A DNA stretch of 64,000 nt from Candidatus Uhrbacteria bacterium (GTDB lineage Bacteria; Patescibacteriota; Patescibacteriia; UBA9934; GWF2-40-263): assembly GCA_014239775.1 (NCBI GenBank), contig JAAZYG010000039.1, forward strand, positions 6,134 through 70,133, in the 5' to 3' direction. The notes beneath the pieces were generated by a model. That model ran no database searches. It had not been told where the DNA came from and saw nothing but the letters and a program-made list of their open reading frames with translations. Both the position numbers and the translations under genes were made by a program. Every line of letters starts with the position of its first letter. Position 1 is the stretch's first letter. Below are positions 22,538 through 31,328 of the stretch, piece after piece.

Positions 22538-23234
22538 ACATTTTATTAATAATATCTTTTGCTGAATCTACAAGTGCGAGATTTTTTACATAATCCATTC
22601 GTAGTGGACCAACAATTCCAAGTAATCCTTTTTGGTTGTTCTTATATTTACACTGCACAACTATTGTTGCCATTTGTTCTCCGAACGGATTTGATGAACC
22701 TATGTATACTGTAGGAGTGTCTGTTGCGAGTTCGAACAACTGTTCGGTCATATCATCAAATCTACCAACAACATCTGACAATTCTCTTACAAGTTCTAAA
22801 TTATAAAAATCTGGCTTATGAAATAAATTTGAAACGCCAGCATAATAACTCCAATATGGATTGAAGGCAACAACGGCCGTCTCACCAGACATCTCTACCA
22901 TTTTTTTTGCAAGAGTCTTTAAAGTTAATCTAAAATCATCTGATTGTTTTATATGACTTTTTATTGAAGCATTTCTTGTAGGACTTTTATCTTTTTCTGT
23001 AATATTTTTTAAATAATACAGATACCCTTTTTCTGTTGGTATACGCCCAGCAGATGTGTGAGGCTGCCTAATATATCCACCTCTTTCAAGTATAGACATT
23101 TCATTTCTTACTGTTGCAGCAGAAACACTTAAATTAAATTTTTCAACTAAATACTTAGAACCCACAGTTTCTGCAGTTTTTATATAATCCTCTACAATGA
23201 GGCGTAGTATTAATTCTGTTCTTTGTTGCAACAT
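22530..23234 (-). CDS. hrcA: heat-inducible transcription repressor HrcA (short form; ATG at 23234 with GGAG RBS preferred over listed GTG at 23243)
   Basis: N-terminal winged HTH LQQRTELILRLIVEDYIKTAETVGSKYL...SAATVRNEMS is the HrcA signature; CIRCE lies immediately upstream. Confidence 0.8.
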   Translation of the reverse strand: MLQQRTELILRLIVEDYIKTAETVGSKYLVEKFNLSVSAATVRNEMSILERGGYIRQPHTSAGRIPTEKGYLYYLKNITEKDKSPTRNASIKSHIKQSDDFRLTLKTLAKKMVEMSGETAVVAFNPYWSYYAGVSNLFHKPDFYNLELVRELSDVVGRFDDMTEQLFELATDTPTVYIGSSNPFGEQMATIVVQCKYKNNQKGLLGIVGPLRMDYVKNLALVDSAKDIINKMYD

Positions 23235-23236
23235 AA

Positions 23237-23263
23237 TTAGCACTCCATATTATAGAGTGCTAA
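23237..23263. promoter_or_regulatory. CIRCE operator (HrcA binding site)
   Basis: Perfect inverted repeat TTAGCACTC-N9-GAGTGCTAA directly upstream of hrcA; spacer carries the -10 hexamer. Confidence 0.85.
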
Positions 23264-23276
23264 TTTGTATTGTCAA
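23249..23276 (-). promoter_or_regulatory. sigma70-like promoter of heat-shock operon (TTGACA-16-TATAAT) overlapping CIRCE
   Basis: Minus strand reads TTGACAatacaaattagcactcTATAATatggagtgctaattATG. Confidence 0.5.
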
Positions 23277-23295
23277 GACTAAATTGTTTTTTTGC

Positions 23296-25059
23296 TTAAT
23301 TTGAACTGTTTAATGCTGCTGTTCTGGCATTATTCTCTTGATTTTTTATAAGTAATGCTTTCTTTTTCTCTGTATTTTTATATACTTTTAAGGCCTCCTT
23401 CTGTCTTGATTCTGCATTTTTTTTATCTTGTATTCTCTGTTTATAAATCTTGTTAACCACGTCAACCGGTAATGATTCAGAATAACCATCAGAACCATCC
23501 CAACTAATTAAGGTAACCACTCCGTCCTCAATGGTTGCGACTGTCATTTTGATCTCCTTTCCGCTTCTTGTTTTTATTGGCAATATATCATCTAATTTTA
23601 CAAGAGTATCTGACTGAATTTCTTCTAGTTTTATTCTATCTACTTGCTGATGTATTGACCCCTCGTTTTGATTGGGTACATCTAAGGATACGAAATACTT
23701 TTCATTTTGTGGAATATAATGACTAATCTTCCAATCTAAAGATGAGCCTTCAACTTTTACACTATCACCTTCTTTGTGCCTTAGTGGGAGTTCTGATGAA
23801 ATAATTTCACTTGTGACACGTGAAATCCAATAATCGTGATTTGATAGTTTACCTTCTAACTGATTGAGTTTTATTTGTTCTTCTACAGACTCAGCTCCTG
23901 CAAGTTTCATATCAATGATCATGCTCTCAATTTGTTTATATGACTTTTCCCACTGCTGAATATCAGATTCTGAGTATTGTGTAGTCTCTGGCACGTTATC
24001 ATTTTCATGTGATCTCATCATGTTTGGACCACGTTCTTTTACATTGTATACAATTGCAGCAATATCATCGCCCTTTGATCTTTGATTATTATCCTTGCCT
24101 CCCATAGAAATGTTTAACGCAGCCTCCTGTAAAGCTTTTTCAGCTGTACGGTCTGATCCATTTTGAAACATTATTTTTTTTATATCATCTTCAAGCATTT
24201 GATCATGAATTCCATCAGACGTTAATATCAATCTATCTCCTGGCATTACATCAAATTTCTGGATATTTGCATCAGAAGCACCTTCTTGTGCACCAACAGA
24301 TTTGGTTATAATGTTCCTGTAATTGTAATACATCCTTAAATCATCTGGAACTTCATCTATTCCCACAGCCTGGTCAACAAGTTTTGCATCTTCTTTTGAA
24401 ATATTGCCTTTACGTAATGCTTCGGTTACAAAACTATCATCTGCTGTGATTTGTAAGATTTCTTTACCTCTCATGACATAAATTCTACTGTCACCTACAT
24501 TTGTAATATAAAAACGCTGAGCACCGTTTGGCAACTCTACCAATTTACCTACAGAAGCAGTGGTTGCTGAATCATCACGAATCAATCCAGATTCCTTCAA
24601 TCTATCTGCAGAGGTTTTAATTTTTCTATCAGCTTCTGTCAAAGCTTTTTTTAATTGTGCCTCAGCAAGCTTGTCTATATATAAAATTTTTTGTTCATGA
24701 GACAATTTATCATTATCACCTATTGCCTTAATTTGATCATCAAGTTTTTGACCAACCTCTTCTTGAACAGATATACCTAACTCTCGTGACGCAAGCCAAC
24801 CTGCATTTGAAGATACTCCGTCAGCAACTAAAAATAAACCTCTATCGGGATCATTTACTTTTACATCTTCACATCTATCCTTTCTTTCTCTTGATCCAGA
24901 CTTTCTTAAACCTAACTCAGGTTGCTCACCAACATTTGTAGTTTTTTCTCTAAATTCTTGATCAATTTTATTAAACTCATCATCTAAAGATTTTGGTTTT
25001 TCAATTTGTCTTTCTCGTGACTGTTCCATATTAACTTTATTATAACAAAAACCGTCCAA
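23296..25059 (-). CDS. PP2C-family Ser/Thr phosphatase with about 240-aa C-terminal domain of unknown function
   Basis: PP2C motifs LFLVADGVSS, ITNVGDSRIYV, LILTSDGIHD, KGDDIAAIV in residues about 60-345; C-terminal region has no recognisable motif. Confidence 0.7.
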   Translation of the reverse strand: MDGFCYNKVNMEQSRERQIEKPKSLDDEFNKIDQEFREKTTNVGEQPELGLRKSGSRERKDRCEDVKVNDPDRGLFLVADGVSSNAGWLASRELGISVQEEVGQKLDDQIKAIGDNDKLSHEQKILYIDKLAEAQLKKALTEADRKIKTSADRLKESGLIRDDSATTASVGKLVELPNGAQRFYITNVGDSRIYVMRGKEILQITADDSFVTEALRKGNISKEDAKLVDQAVGIDEVPDDLRMYYNYRNIITKSVGAQEGASDANIQKFDVMPGDRLILTSDGIHDQMLEDDIKKIMFQNGSDRTAEKALQEAALNISMGGKDNNQRSKGDDIAAIVYNVKERGPNMMRSHENDNVPETTQYSESDIQQWEKSYKQIESMIIDMKLAGAESVEEQIKLNQLEGKLSNHDYWISRVTSEIISSELPLRHKEGDSVKVEGSSLDWKISHYIPQNEKYFVSLDVPNQNEGSIHQQVDRIKLEEIQSDTLVKLDDILPIKTRSGKEIKMTVATIEDGVVTLISWDGSDGYSESLPVDVVNKIYKQRIQDKKNAESRQKEALKVYKNTEKKKALLIKNQENNARTAALNSSN

Positions 25060-25067
25060 AAATACTT

Positions 25068-25493
25068 TTAAGACGGTATAAGAATTGGGCTAATGTGTTT
25101 TGGGTATACTTCAGATACAGAGATTTGCATATAATGCTGATCGTTGGCACACAAAAATACTCCTCTTTCATAAATATTTGGCCCTTCATCCCCTCTTACA
25201 TATTGAATAAAATCTCTACACGTAAGACCCACGACACCGTCTGTTAAACTTATGACATCTTGAATAAATGTCATGTAAGATCCAGATTCATCAACAAATA
25301 CAATTACAACAGACTTAAACCACTCTAATTGCATATCTTTAACTTCAATGACCAACTCGTCTTTTAATCCCTCCATAACCCCAAGATTTCTAACCACGAA
25401 ACCACGATGAGTAACAATTCTATCAAACATCATTTGATTAAATTTATCACTCTCGTTCATCCTAACAACTGTTGCTGTATTTTTTGTATTCAT
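25068..25493 (-). CDS. hypothetical protein (141 aa)
   Basis: ORF tightly downstream of PP2C gene; no motif recognised. Confidence 0.4.
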   Translation of the reverse strand: MNTKNTATVVRMNESDKFNQMMFDRIVTHRGFVVRNLGVMEGLKDELVIEVKDMQLEWFKSVVIVFVDESGSYMTFIQDVISLTDGVVGLTCRDFIQYVRGDEGPNIYERGVFLCANDQHYMQISVSEVYPKHISPILIPS

Positions 25494-25541
25494 TTACACC
25501 TCCTTGGCAACAAAAAACATTAAATAAAATAAGCACTTTTG

Positions 25542-27263
25542 TCAAGCCTTTATACCATTTTCAATAATCGCCTCTCTAATTTCTTTACTTACAGATACCC
25601 ATGATCTTTTATTGGTCTTACTATTATCTAAAATTTCTGAAAACTTGCGGCCACTTAAAACAGTTGGAACTATTACATAAGTCGCACCTAATTTATAGCA
25701 AATATCTGCTTCAGCCTGAGTGTGTACAGACACAATTACAGTACCTTTATATTTTCTTGATTTTAGAAAACTTAACAAGGAACTACTTATTACAACATCA
25801 GGAATTGTTGAAATAACAAGACTGGCCTTGTCTGCCTTAACCTCCTCTAAAAAAACCTCATCTCCTGCATCACCATAAAGGTTTGGTTCACCAACCTCTG
25901 ACAACTGCCTAACTGTTTGAGGATCAAAATCAACTATAATATATGATTTTTTCATTTTCTTTATCGTATCCAAAAGCACCCTTCCGGCCCTATGAAAACC
26001 AAACAATATTATCTTTGTAGCTTTTCTTTCCTTAACTATTTCAATGTCCAATACATTTGCTGGCTCCATCCACCTAAACACAGGTTTTAGCTTCTCATAA
26101 ATATTTTCATTTTTATCTATCAGGTATGAACTTATAGCTATTGTAAATATTCCAACCGCTGTTGCTAGTGCAAGAATTTCATCACTTAAATGACCGGTTG
26201 CTATTCCAGCAGCAATTACTATGAATGAAAATTCAGAAATCTGTGCAACAGTTGTACCAGCCAAAAAACCTGTTCTTGGATGATATCCCAATGATCTCAT
26301 AATGAACATTACAATTAATGGATTACCTATCAGAATAAATGCACTAAATATAATCGTAGGTATAAGCATTGCAGTAAAATTATCCAACCCAAGTCTAGTA
26401 CCTAAGACTATAAAAAATATTATTAGGAAAAAATCCCTCAATGGTCTGACACGTGAGTTTATTTCTTGTTGAAATATTGATCCTGACAATGTAATTCCAG
26501 CAATTAGTGCTCCGAGCTCTATTCCAAAACCAAACGACACTAATATACCTGCAATAAAAAAACACCATGCAACAGAGAATATAAATAATAACTCTTGTGA
26601 TCTTGCGGCATAAGCCAACATCCTTGGTAAGATTTTTACAGATATTAACCATAACAATGGAACTATCAGAAAAGCTTTTACTATTGCTCCTATAAAAATC
26701 TGCTCGAGTGGCGCACCTGAACCAACCGCACTTAATCCAAGCAAAATAAGCATGGCCACAAAGTCTTGAACTAATAAAAAACCAACACTAATACGTCCAT
26801 ATAAGGTATCCAGGTCCTCTTTATCCATTAATAACTTAATAATTATAATGGTGCTTGAAAATGCAAATGCGACTGCAATATAAATACTTGTAATAGCATC
26901 AAACCCCATTGTTAACCCTATTAAAAACCCTGACACTGATGTAAACAACACCTGCCCCACACCTGTTGCAAATGCTATTCCACCAACATCCTTAACAGAA
27001 CGCCAATTTAAACCAAGTCCAACTGTAAATAACAAAAAAGCCATACCAATTTGTGACATGACTTCAAAAATTTCTGGATTTTTTGCCAAAGCTAAAACAC
27101 TCGGCCCAACAATGACCCCAGTAATTATATAAGCAATGATTAGCGGCTGCCTAAATCTGTAAACCAACAATGAAAATGCTGCTGCAATAATCAATACAAT
27201 TCCTATTTCAAAAAAAAGTTCCTCCACTGGCATTAATAAATTATAACACAGTTTAATTGACAA
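25542..27263 (-). CDS. monovalent cation:proton antiporter (CPA2/KefB-like) with C-terminal RCK/TrkA-N domain
   Basis: About 12 TM N-terminal domain followed by a Rossmann-like segment KIILFGFHRAGRVLLDTI and a regulatory domain. Confidence 0.7.
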   Translation of the reverse strand: MSIKLCYNLLMPVEELFFEIGIVLIIAAAFSLLVYRFRQPLIIAYIITGVIVGPSVLALAKNPEIFEVMSQIGMAFLLFTVGLGLNWRSVKDVGGIAFATGVGQVLFTSVSGFLIGLTMGFDAITSIYIAVAFAFSSTIIIIKLLMDKEDLDTLYGRISVGFLLVQDFVAMLILLGLSAVGSGAPLEQIFIGAIVKAFLIVPLLWLISVKILPRMLAYAARSQELLFIFSVAWCFFIAGILVSFGFGIELGALIAGITLSGSIFQQEINSRVRPLRDFFLIIFFIVLGTRLGLDNFTAMLIPTIIFSAFILIGNPLIVMFIMRSLGYHPRTGFLAGTTVAQISEFSFIVIAAGIATGHLSDEILALATAVGIFTIAISSYLIDKNENIYEKLKPVFRWMEPANVLDIEIVKERKATKIILFGFHRAGRVLLDTIKKMKKSYIIVDFDPQTVRQLSEVGEPNLYGDAGDEVFLEEVKADKASLVISTIPDVVISSSLLSFLKSRKYKGTVIVSVHTQAEADICYKLGATYVIVPTVLSGRKFSEILDNSKTNKRSWVSVSKEIREAIIENGIKA

Positions 27264-27301
27264 TTATCAACAAGACTTTTAATATTTAAAAGCTAATATT
27301 C

Positions 27302-27751
27302 ATGGAGGTGCTTATAATGAGTCAACGAAGTAGAATTCTGGCAACACTACCCATTTCAGGCTCAGTTGTTCTTTATGTCGATAACAGTGAACCGCTGAAG
27401 GATTCAAACTATGACATGTATAATGGATGGTTTGAAAGTGGAGATATTGTTTTTGAGAACGTATCTGCACACATTGCACTGCGTCTTGTTGAACAGATAT
27501 TGAATCCGGAAGGAAAAATTCCTGACATGACTGAGGATTTTGGGTCTTTTATAACACCAGTATATTGGTATTGTATTGATAACGATTGGTTTGTTGTTGG
27601 TCTTGAAAATATAGCAATGAGAAGTAATGAGAACATGGTTGTTATTGAGTATGCTGGTCAAGAGATTACAAAAAATCTAACAATTAACCAAGTTTTTCAA
27701 CGACTTTCCTCTAGACTAAATAGGATTTATAATATTATACCTATTTCATAA
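27302..27751 (+). CDS. hypothetical protein (149 aa)
   Basis: Isolated + strand ORF with downstream hairpin+T7; no motif. Confidence 0.4.
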   Translation: MEVLIMSQRSRILATLPISGSVVLYVDNSEPLKDSNYDMYNGWFESGDIVFENVSAHIALRLVEQILNPEGKIPDMTEDFGSFITPVYWYCIDNDWFVVGLENIAMRSNENMVVIEYAGQEITKNLTINQVFQRLSSRLNRIYNIIPIS

Positions 27752-27801
27752 CTGACACCTTAATTTAAGGGGTCTTTTTTTATACAAAAATACCTCCATT
27801 A

Positions 27802-28293
27802 TTACATGGAGGGAGTGTGGCCAAACATTTCTAATGCACCATCTTCATCGTCTTTATAAAGATCGAAAGGAATCTGCGAAGTTCTTATTATTGTGTTGAA
27901 ATCTGAGAAATTAGACCCATGCCTGTTTCCAAGCTCTTTTCTATGCCATTTGTATAAATGATAGTAACTGCCACGTTGTATGGCGTAACTAAGATAACCA
28001 TTTCTGTCACGCATGATCCAAATACGAATAAACGCACGATCATTATAAAACGTAAGTCTCGCTCTACCCTCCAAACTTACATAGCCAGTATCTATAAAAA
28101 TCGTATCTTCTACCGGCAAACACATGTCATAATCGTCCTCAAGAAGATACATTGGGTCTGTTACATCACACCTAATCAATATGTGATAGCCGTTATGTGT
28201 ATTTGTGCTATCACCAAGCTCTTGAATGTCTAGTGCAATAAGACGCTCACCTGTCTCATAATTGTATGTAGCGATCTTGTAATCGCAGGCCAT
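27802..28293 (-). CDS. hypothetical protein (163 aa), higher-GC segment
   Basis: ORF; no motif; local GC above window average. Confidence 0.4.
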   Translation of the reverse strand: MACDYKIATYNYETGERLIALDIQELGDSTNTHNGYHILIRCDVTDPMYLLEDDYDMCLPVEDTIFIDTGYVSLEGRARLTFYNDRAFIRIWIMRDRNGYLSYAIQRGSYYHLYKWHRKELGNRHGSNFSDFNTIIRTSQIPFDLYKDDEDGALEMFGHTPSM

Positions 28294-28370
28294 TCTTTTC
28301 TCCTGAGATATAGTTAATAGGACGCTATAGTATATTTACGCTACCTATAAGCATGTCTTTTGTCAATATA

Positions 28371-28400
28371 AATAAAAAGACTGATGTTTAAACATCAGTC
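28371..28400 (-). terminator. Rho-independent terminator downstream of cNMP-binding gene
   Basis: Perfect 22-nt palindrome GACTGATGTTTAAACATCAGTC followed on minus strand by T5. Confidence 0.55.
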
Positions 28401-28423
28401 AGAAATACATAATTTAGAATACT

Positions 28424-28912
28424 CTAAACATCCATTATGGCACCATACCTCTTTGCAAATTGAACAGCAGGCTTCAATGAATGCAAGTACTCATTACTGT
28501 CACGTAAATATCCATGAGCGATCTTCAACAACCTCTCAAGAATAATCATATACAACTCTGGAGATGTTTTCTTTAGTCCTGTGATTGTACTATACGGCAC
28601 ACACAAAACCCTTACACCACCAATACCTGCCATACATGTTGCAGTTCTGTTTGCACCACTAATACCATAGGACATCTCCCCAATAACAACACCGGCGCCA
28701 ATATCCTTGAGTTTAGTGACGCCCCTTGCACCGCTTTTAATCACCTGTGCAACGCCGTCAACAATGATATAGAGAGAATCTGCAGTATCCTCATCCTTGA
28801 TAAACAGATCTCCCCTGTCAAAATTTAGATATTCTGATCCCCCAATAATCAAAGCTTGCTGCTCTTGTGTCAGGTTACTAAACAAGAAAGTACCTTCCAG
28901 ATCGATGTGCAT
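28424..28912 (-). CDS. stand-alone cyclic-nucleotide-binding (CAP/Crp-effector-type) domain protein
   Basis: 162 aa; FLFSNLTQEQQALI...GDLFIKDEDTADSLYIIVDGVAQV...IGEMSY matches the cNMP-binding beta-roll; no DNA-binding HTH. Confidence 0.6.
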   Translation of the reverse strand: MHIDLEGTFLFSNLTQEQQALIIGGSEYLNFDRGDLFIKDEDTADSLYIIVDGVAQVIKSGARGVTKLKDIGAGVVIGEMSYGISGANRTATCMAGIGGVRVLCVPYSTITGLKKTSPELYMIILERLLKIAHGYLRDSNEYLHSLKPAVQFAKRYGAIMDV

Positions 28913-29017
28913 CCGATCTCCATCTGTAGATTATTAATATGTACTGAACAATGTGTTCTAAATGATGTTATCTCTAGAAGATGTATAAGTCAATATATAT
29001 CACTTTTATACTTTATA

Positions 29018-29046
29018 TTGACTAAAGAGTCTGTGCATCGTATTAT
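29018..29046 (+). promoter_or_regulatory. candidate sigma70-like promoter for tRNA-Glu (TTGACT-17-TATTAT)
   Basis: Hexamers with 17-nt spacer about 40 nt upstream of the tRNA 5' end. Confidence 0.35.
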
Positions 29047-29086
29047 ATTGCCGCTACACATTTTCCTGCACTAGCCATTTAATTAT

Positions 29087-29161
29087 GGCCCCATCGTCTA
29101 ACGGCTAGGACGCCAGGTTCTCATCCTGGAAATCGGGGTTCGATTCCCCGTGGGGTCACCA
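29087..29161 (+). tRNA. tRNA-Glu (anticodon CUC), CCA encoded
   Basis: Cloverleaf: acceptor GGCCCCA/TGGGGTC, D-arm GTCTAACGGCTAGGAC, anticodon stem CCAGG/CCTGG with loop TTCTCAT, T-arm GGGGTTCGATTCCCC, discriminator A + CCA. Confidence 0.85.
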
Positions 29162-29199
29162 ACTAAAACGCTCACCGCAAGGTGGGCGTTTTAGTTGGT
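29158..29199 (+). other. 19-bp stem / GCAA-loop hairpin starting inside tRNA 3' end
   Basis: ACCAACTAAAACGCTCACC-GCAA-GGTGGGCGTTTTAGTTGGT; 18 Watson-Crick + 1 G·U pair; followed by A9. Confidence 0.6.
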
Positions 29200-29200
29200 G

Positions 29201-29240
29201 TAAAAAAAAATCGGAGAAATGAGTAGCCACTTCTCCGATT
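29201..29240 (-). terminator. Rho-independent terminator of minus-strand CHAP/holin-like operon
   Basis: 10-bp stem AATCGGAGAA/TTCTCCGATT followed on minus strand by T8-9. Confidence 0.55.
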
Positions 29241-29288
29241 AAGGATTTTGTTTGAGCCTGTCTAACTATAGGCTATGTATTGTTACGA

Positions 29289-29552
29289 TCATTCAAATCG
29301 GCTATTCAATTTCTCAATGCGATCGTTTTCTTCTTGAATTGCAGCGTCACGCCTGGCACGATATGCTGGATCAAGCTTGGCTCGAACTTGGTCGACCATG
29401 ATCCCCAGAAGAAATACAGCAGCAAAGAAGACAGGTACCACAAACATTAAGAGAGTAAGTAGCACTACATCATCACCACTATAACTATCACCACCAGCCA
29501 AGGCTGTAGATGACACAAGCATCACACTGAATACTCCAAAAATTCTATTCAC
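29289..29552 (-). CDS. small membrane protein with highly charged C-terminal tail (holin-like topology)
   Basis: 87 aa; two hydrophobic segments then DQVRAKLDPAYRARRDAAIQEENDRIEKL; overlaps CHAP gene by 4 nt. Confidence 0.4.
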   Translation of the reverse strand: MNRIFGVFSVMLVSSTALAGGDSYSGDDVVLLTLLMFVVPVFFAAVFLLGIMVDQVRAKLDPAYRARRDAAIQEENDRIEKLNSRFE

Positions 29553-30157
29553 TCCTCTTTCTCCTGTGGCCGTGACCAGCCTGCTATAGGTTGTAAATAA
29601 GAACCTCGTTCAACAAAATACGTGTTATTTATATTGTTTATATTTAGTCTATCAGACCAAATATACCTTTTAAACACCAAATACCTTGTTGATACAATGT
29701 TCTGTTGAACAATAGAAATATATCCCTGTAACAAATCAACTTTTGTAATCAAGGCAACATGACCAACAGACCCATCATTGTCACCTCCATCAAAAATCAA
29801 AATGTCATATTTTTGTGGTGACACAGAAGAACCGTTAGGGTAAGCAATTAACCCTTTGGTTTTTGCATTCCAAAAATATGAATCTGCATGTCCTGTTTTT
29901 GTCATATTTCTATGACCCATTTGGCCATATGCTCGGTTGATCAACTCAACACATTGAAATTCAAGTCCGTATTTTCCGCGATGATTTGCACCATTTGCAG
30001 AATAAATTGGCCATCCTTCAAATCGCCCAAGCTGTGTCCCATGTTTAGGCAATCGGATTAAGCTCCAACCAACTGACAACATATGACGTGTGTAGCCTAT
30101 ACACAGAATGATTGTGACCATCAAAATGAAAACGAATAAAAACTTATACCTTTTCAT
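29549..30157 (-). CDS. CHAP-domain peptidoglycan amidase/peptidase with N-terminal signal anchor
   Basis: NGANHRGKYGLEFQCVELINRAY (catalytic Cys), YDILIFDGG, GHVALITKV (catalytic His): the CHAP pattern. Confidence 0.7.
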   Translation of the reverse strand: MKRYKFLFVFILMVTIILCIGYTRHMLSVGWSLIRLPKHGTQLGRFEGWPIYSANGANHRGKYGLEFQCVELINRAYGQMGHRNMTKTGHADSYFWNAKTKGLIAYPNGSSVSPQKYDILIFDGGDNDGSVGHVALITKVDLLQGYISIVQQNIVSTRYLVFKRYIWSDRLNINNINNTYFVERGSYLQPIAGWSRPQEKEE

Positions 30158-31142
30158 TTGCCTCTTCCTTCAAAAAAACTGGATACATGTCATAACCATT
30201 TCTGAAATAATACAGAAATGTTTTTTCAATTAATGCATCCGTTTTTTTAAAAATAGGGAAAATGCTTTTGGGTAAAAACCTTGGTTTACTAGGAAATACC
30301 AAGAACATTTTCATCATATCGTAGGACATGATATTTTGTTTAAAATCTAGGTGTCTTTCAGTTAAAGGTAAACGTAATTCAACAGCTTCAAGATAGTCGT
30401 AATTAGGAGGAGCAGAACGAGATTTTTTGTGAACCTCAGTAATCCATACTGGATTTAAATCCCCTTCTTCGAACAGCTCTTCAAACGTTTCATACCGCAA
30501 AGGATCTGACCCGTCATTGTTGTGCATAAAATGCAAAGCCTTGCCTCTAATAATTAAGACAACGTGAGAATTAATATCTGGCCCTTCAGCCTGAATCTTT
30601 TCCCAATAACTTGTCTTTTCCCAAAGCAAGCCTACAACATATATTTTGTCACGACTAAAAGAATAGTGCACAACAGTGTTAACGAGTGTTTCTTTTACCT
30701 CTTGGCTTATAACACCGTCTTCATTATATCTATCAGATGCATCCCACAAAGTTGAAAGTTTGCGATTGTTTGATACACAACTTTCACATAATTTGTGAGA
30801 CCTCAATTCCCATGCACTAGCATGAACCAAATTTACACCAGTAAACAAACTGATGTACTTGGTTACCGCAGCTGAACACAAATCATTATCATATTCCCAC
30901 CACGGCAAAATTCTGGGTATCCGTCCACTGCGCTCCATTTGATTAATCAAAGCGGAACGATCCTCAAGATCAAATTTATTTACCATTGACCAAAAGGTTA
31001 ATTCCTCAGAACGAGCAGCAGATCTTACCTTAGGATAATTGACATAACACCAAATAAGAACAATCATCATCACAAATGTGACAATCATGAAAGGAACGAT
31101 GGCACGAAGAGCAATGTATCTAGCTTTTGCCAGTAATCGCAT
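30144..31142 (-). CDS. hypothetical membrane-anchored protein (332 aa), first gene of the CHAP operon
   Basis: N-terminal TM; conserved-looking Cys (DNDLCSAAV) and His (SHVVLIIRG) could indicate a papain-like fold, but unproven. Confidence 0.4.
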   Translation of the reverse strand: MRLLAKARYIALRAIVPFMIVTFVMMIVLIWCYVNYPKVRSAARSEELTFWSMVNKFDLEDRSALINQMERSGRIPRILPWWEYDNDLCSAAVTKYISLFTGVNLVHASAWELRSHKLCESCVSNNRKLSTLWDASDRYNEDGVISQEVKETLVNTVVHYSFSRDKIYVVGLLWEKTSYWEKIQAEGPDINSHVVLIIRGKALHFMHNNDGSDPLRYETFEELFEEGDLNPVWITEVHKKSRSAPPNYDYLEAVELRLPLTERHLDFKQNIMSYDMMKMFLVFPSKPRFLPKSIFPIFKKTDALIEKTFLYYFRNGYDMYPVFLKEEANEKV

Positions 31143-31328
31143 TTCACCTCCTTGTAAAGAAAATATTTATCGTGCTGTTTTTGCTTACTACTTATAAACA
31201 AGCAAAAGAAACAAGATAAATAAAAAGTGCATCATAAAATAAGACGTCTTAATTTAGCATAAAAAAGGCCTTTTGTCAATAACTTTATGTGATAAACTGA
31301 TAAAATCAAACATAAAAAATATTTCTAT

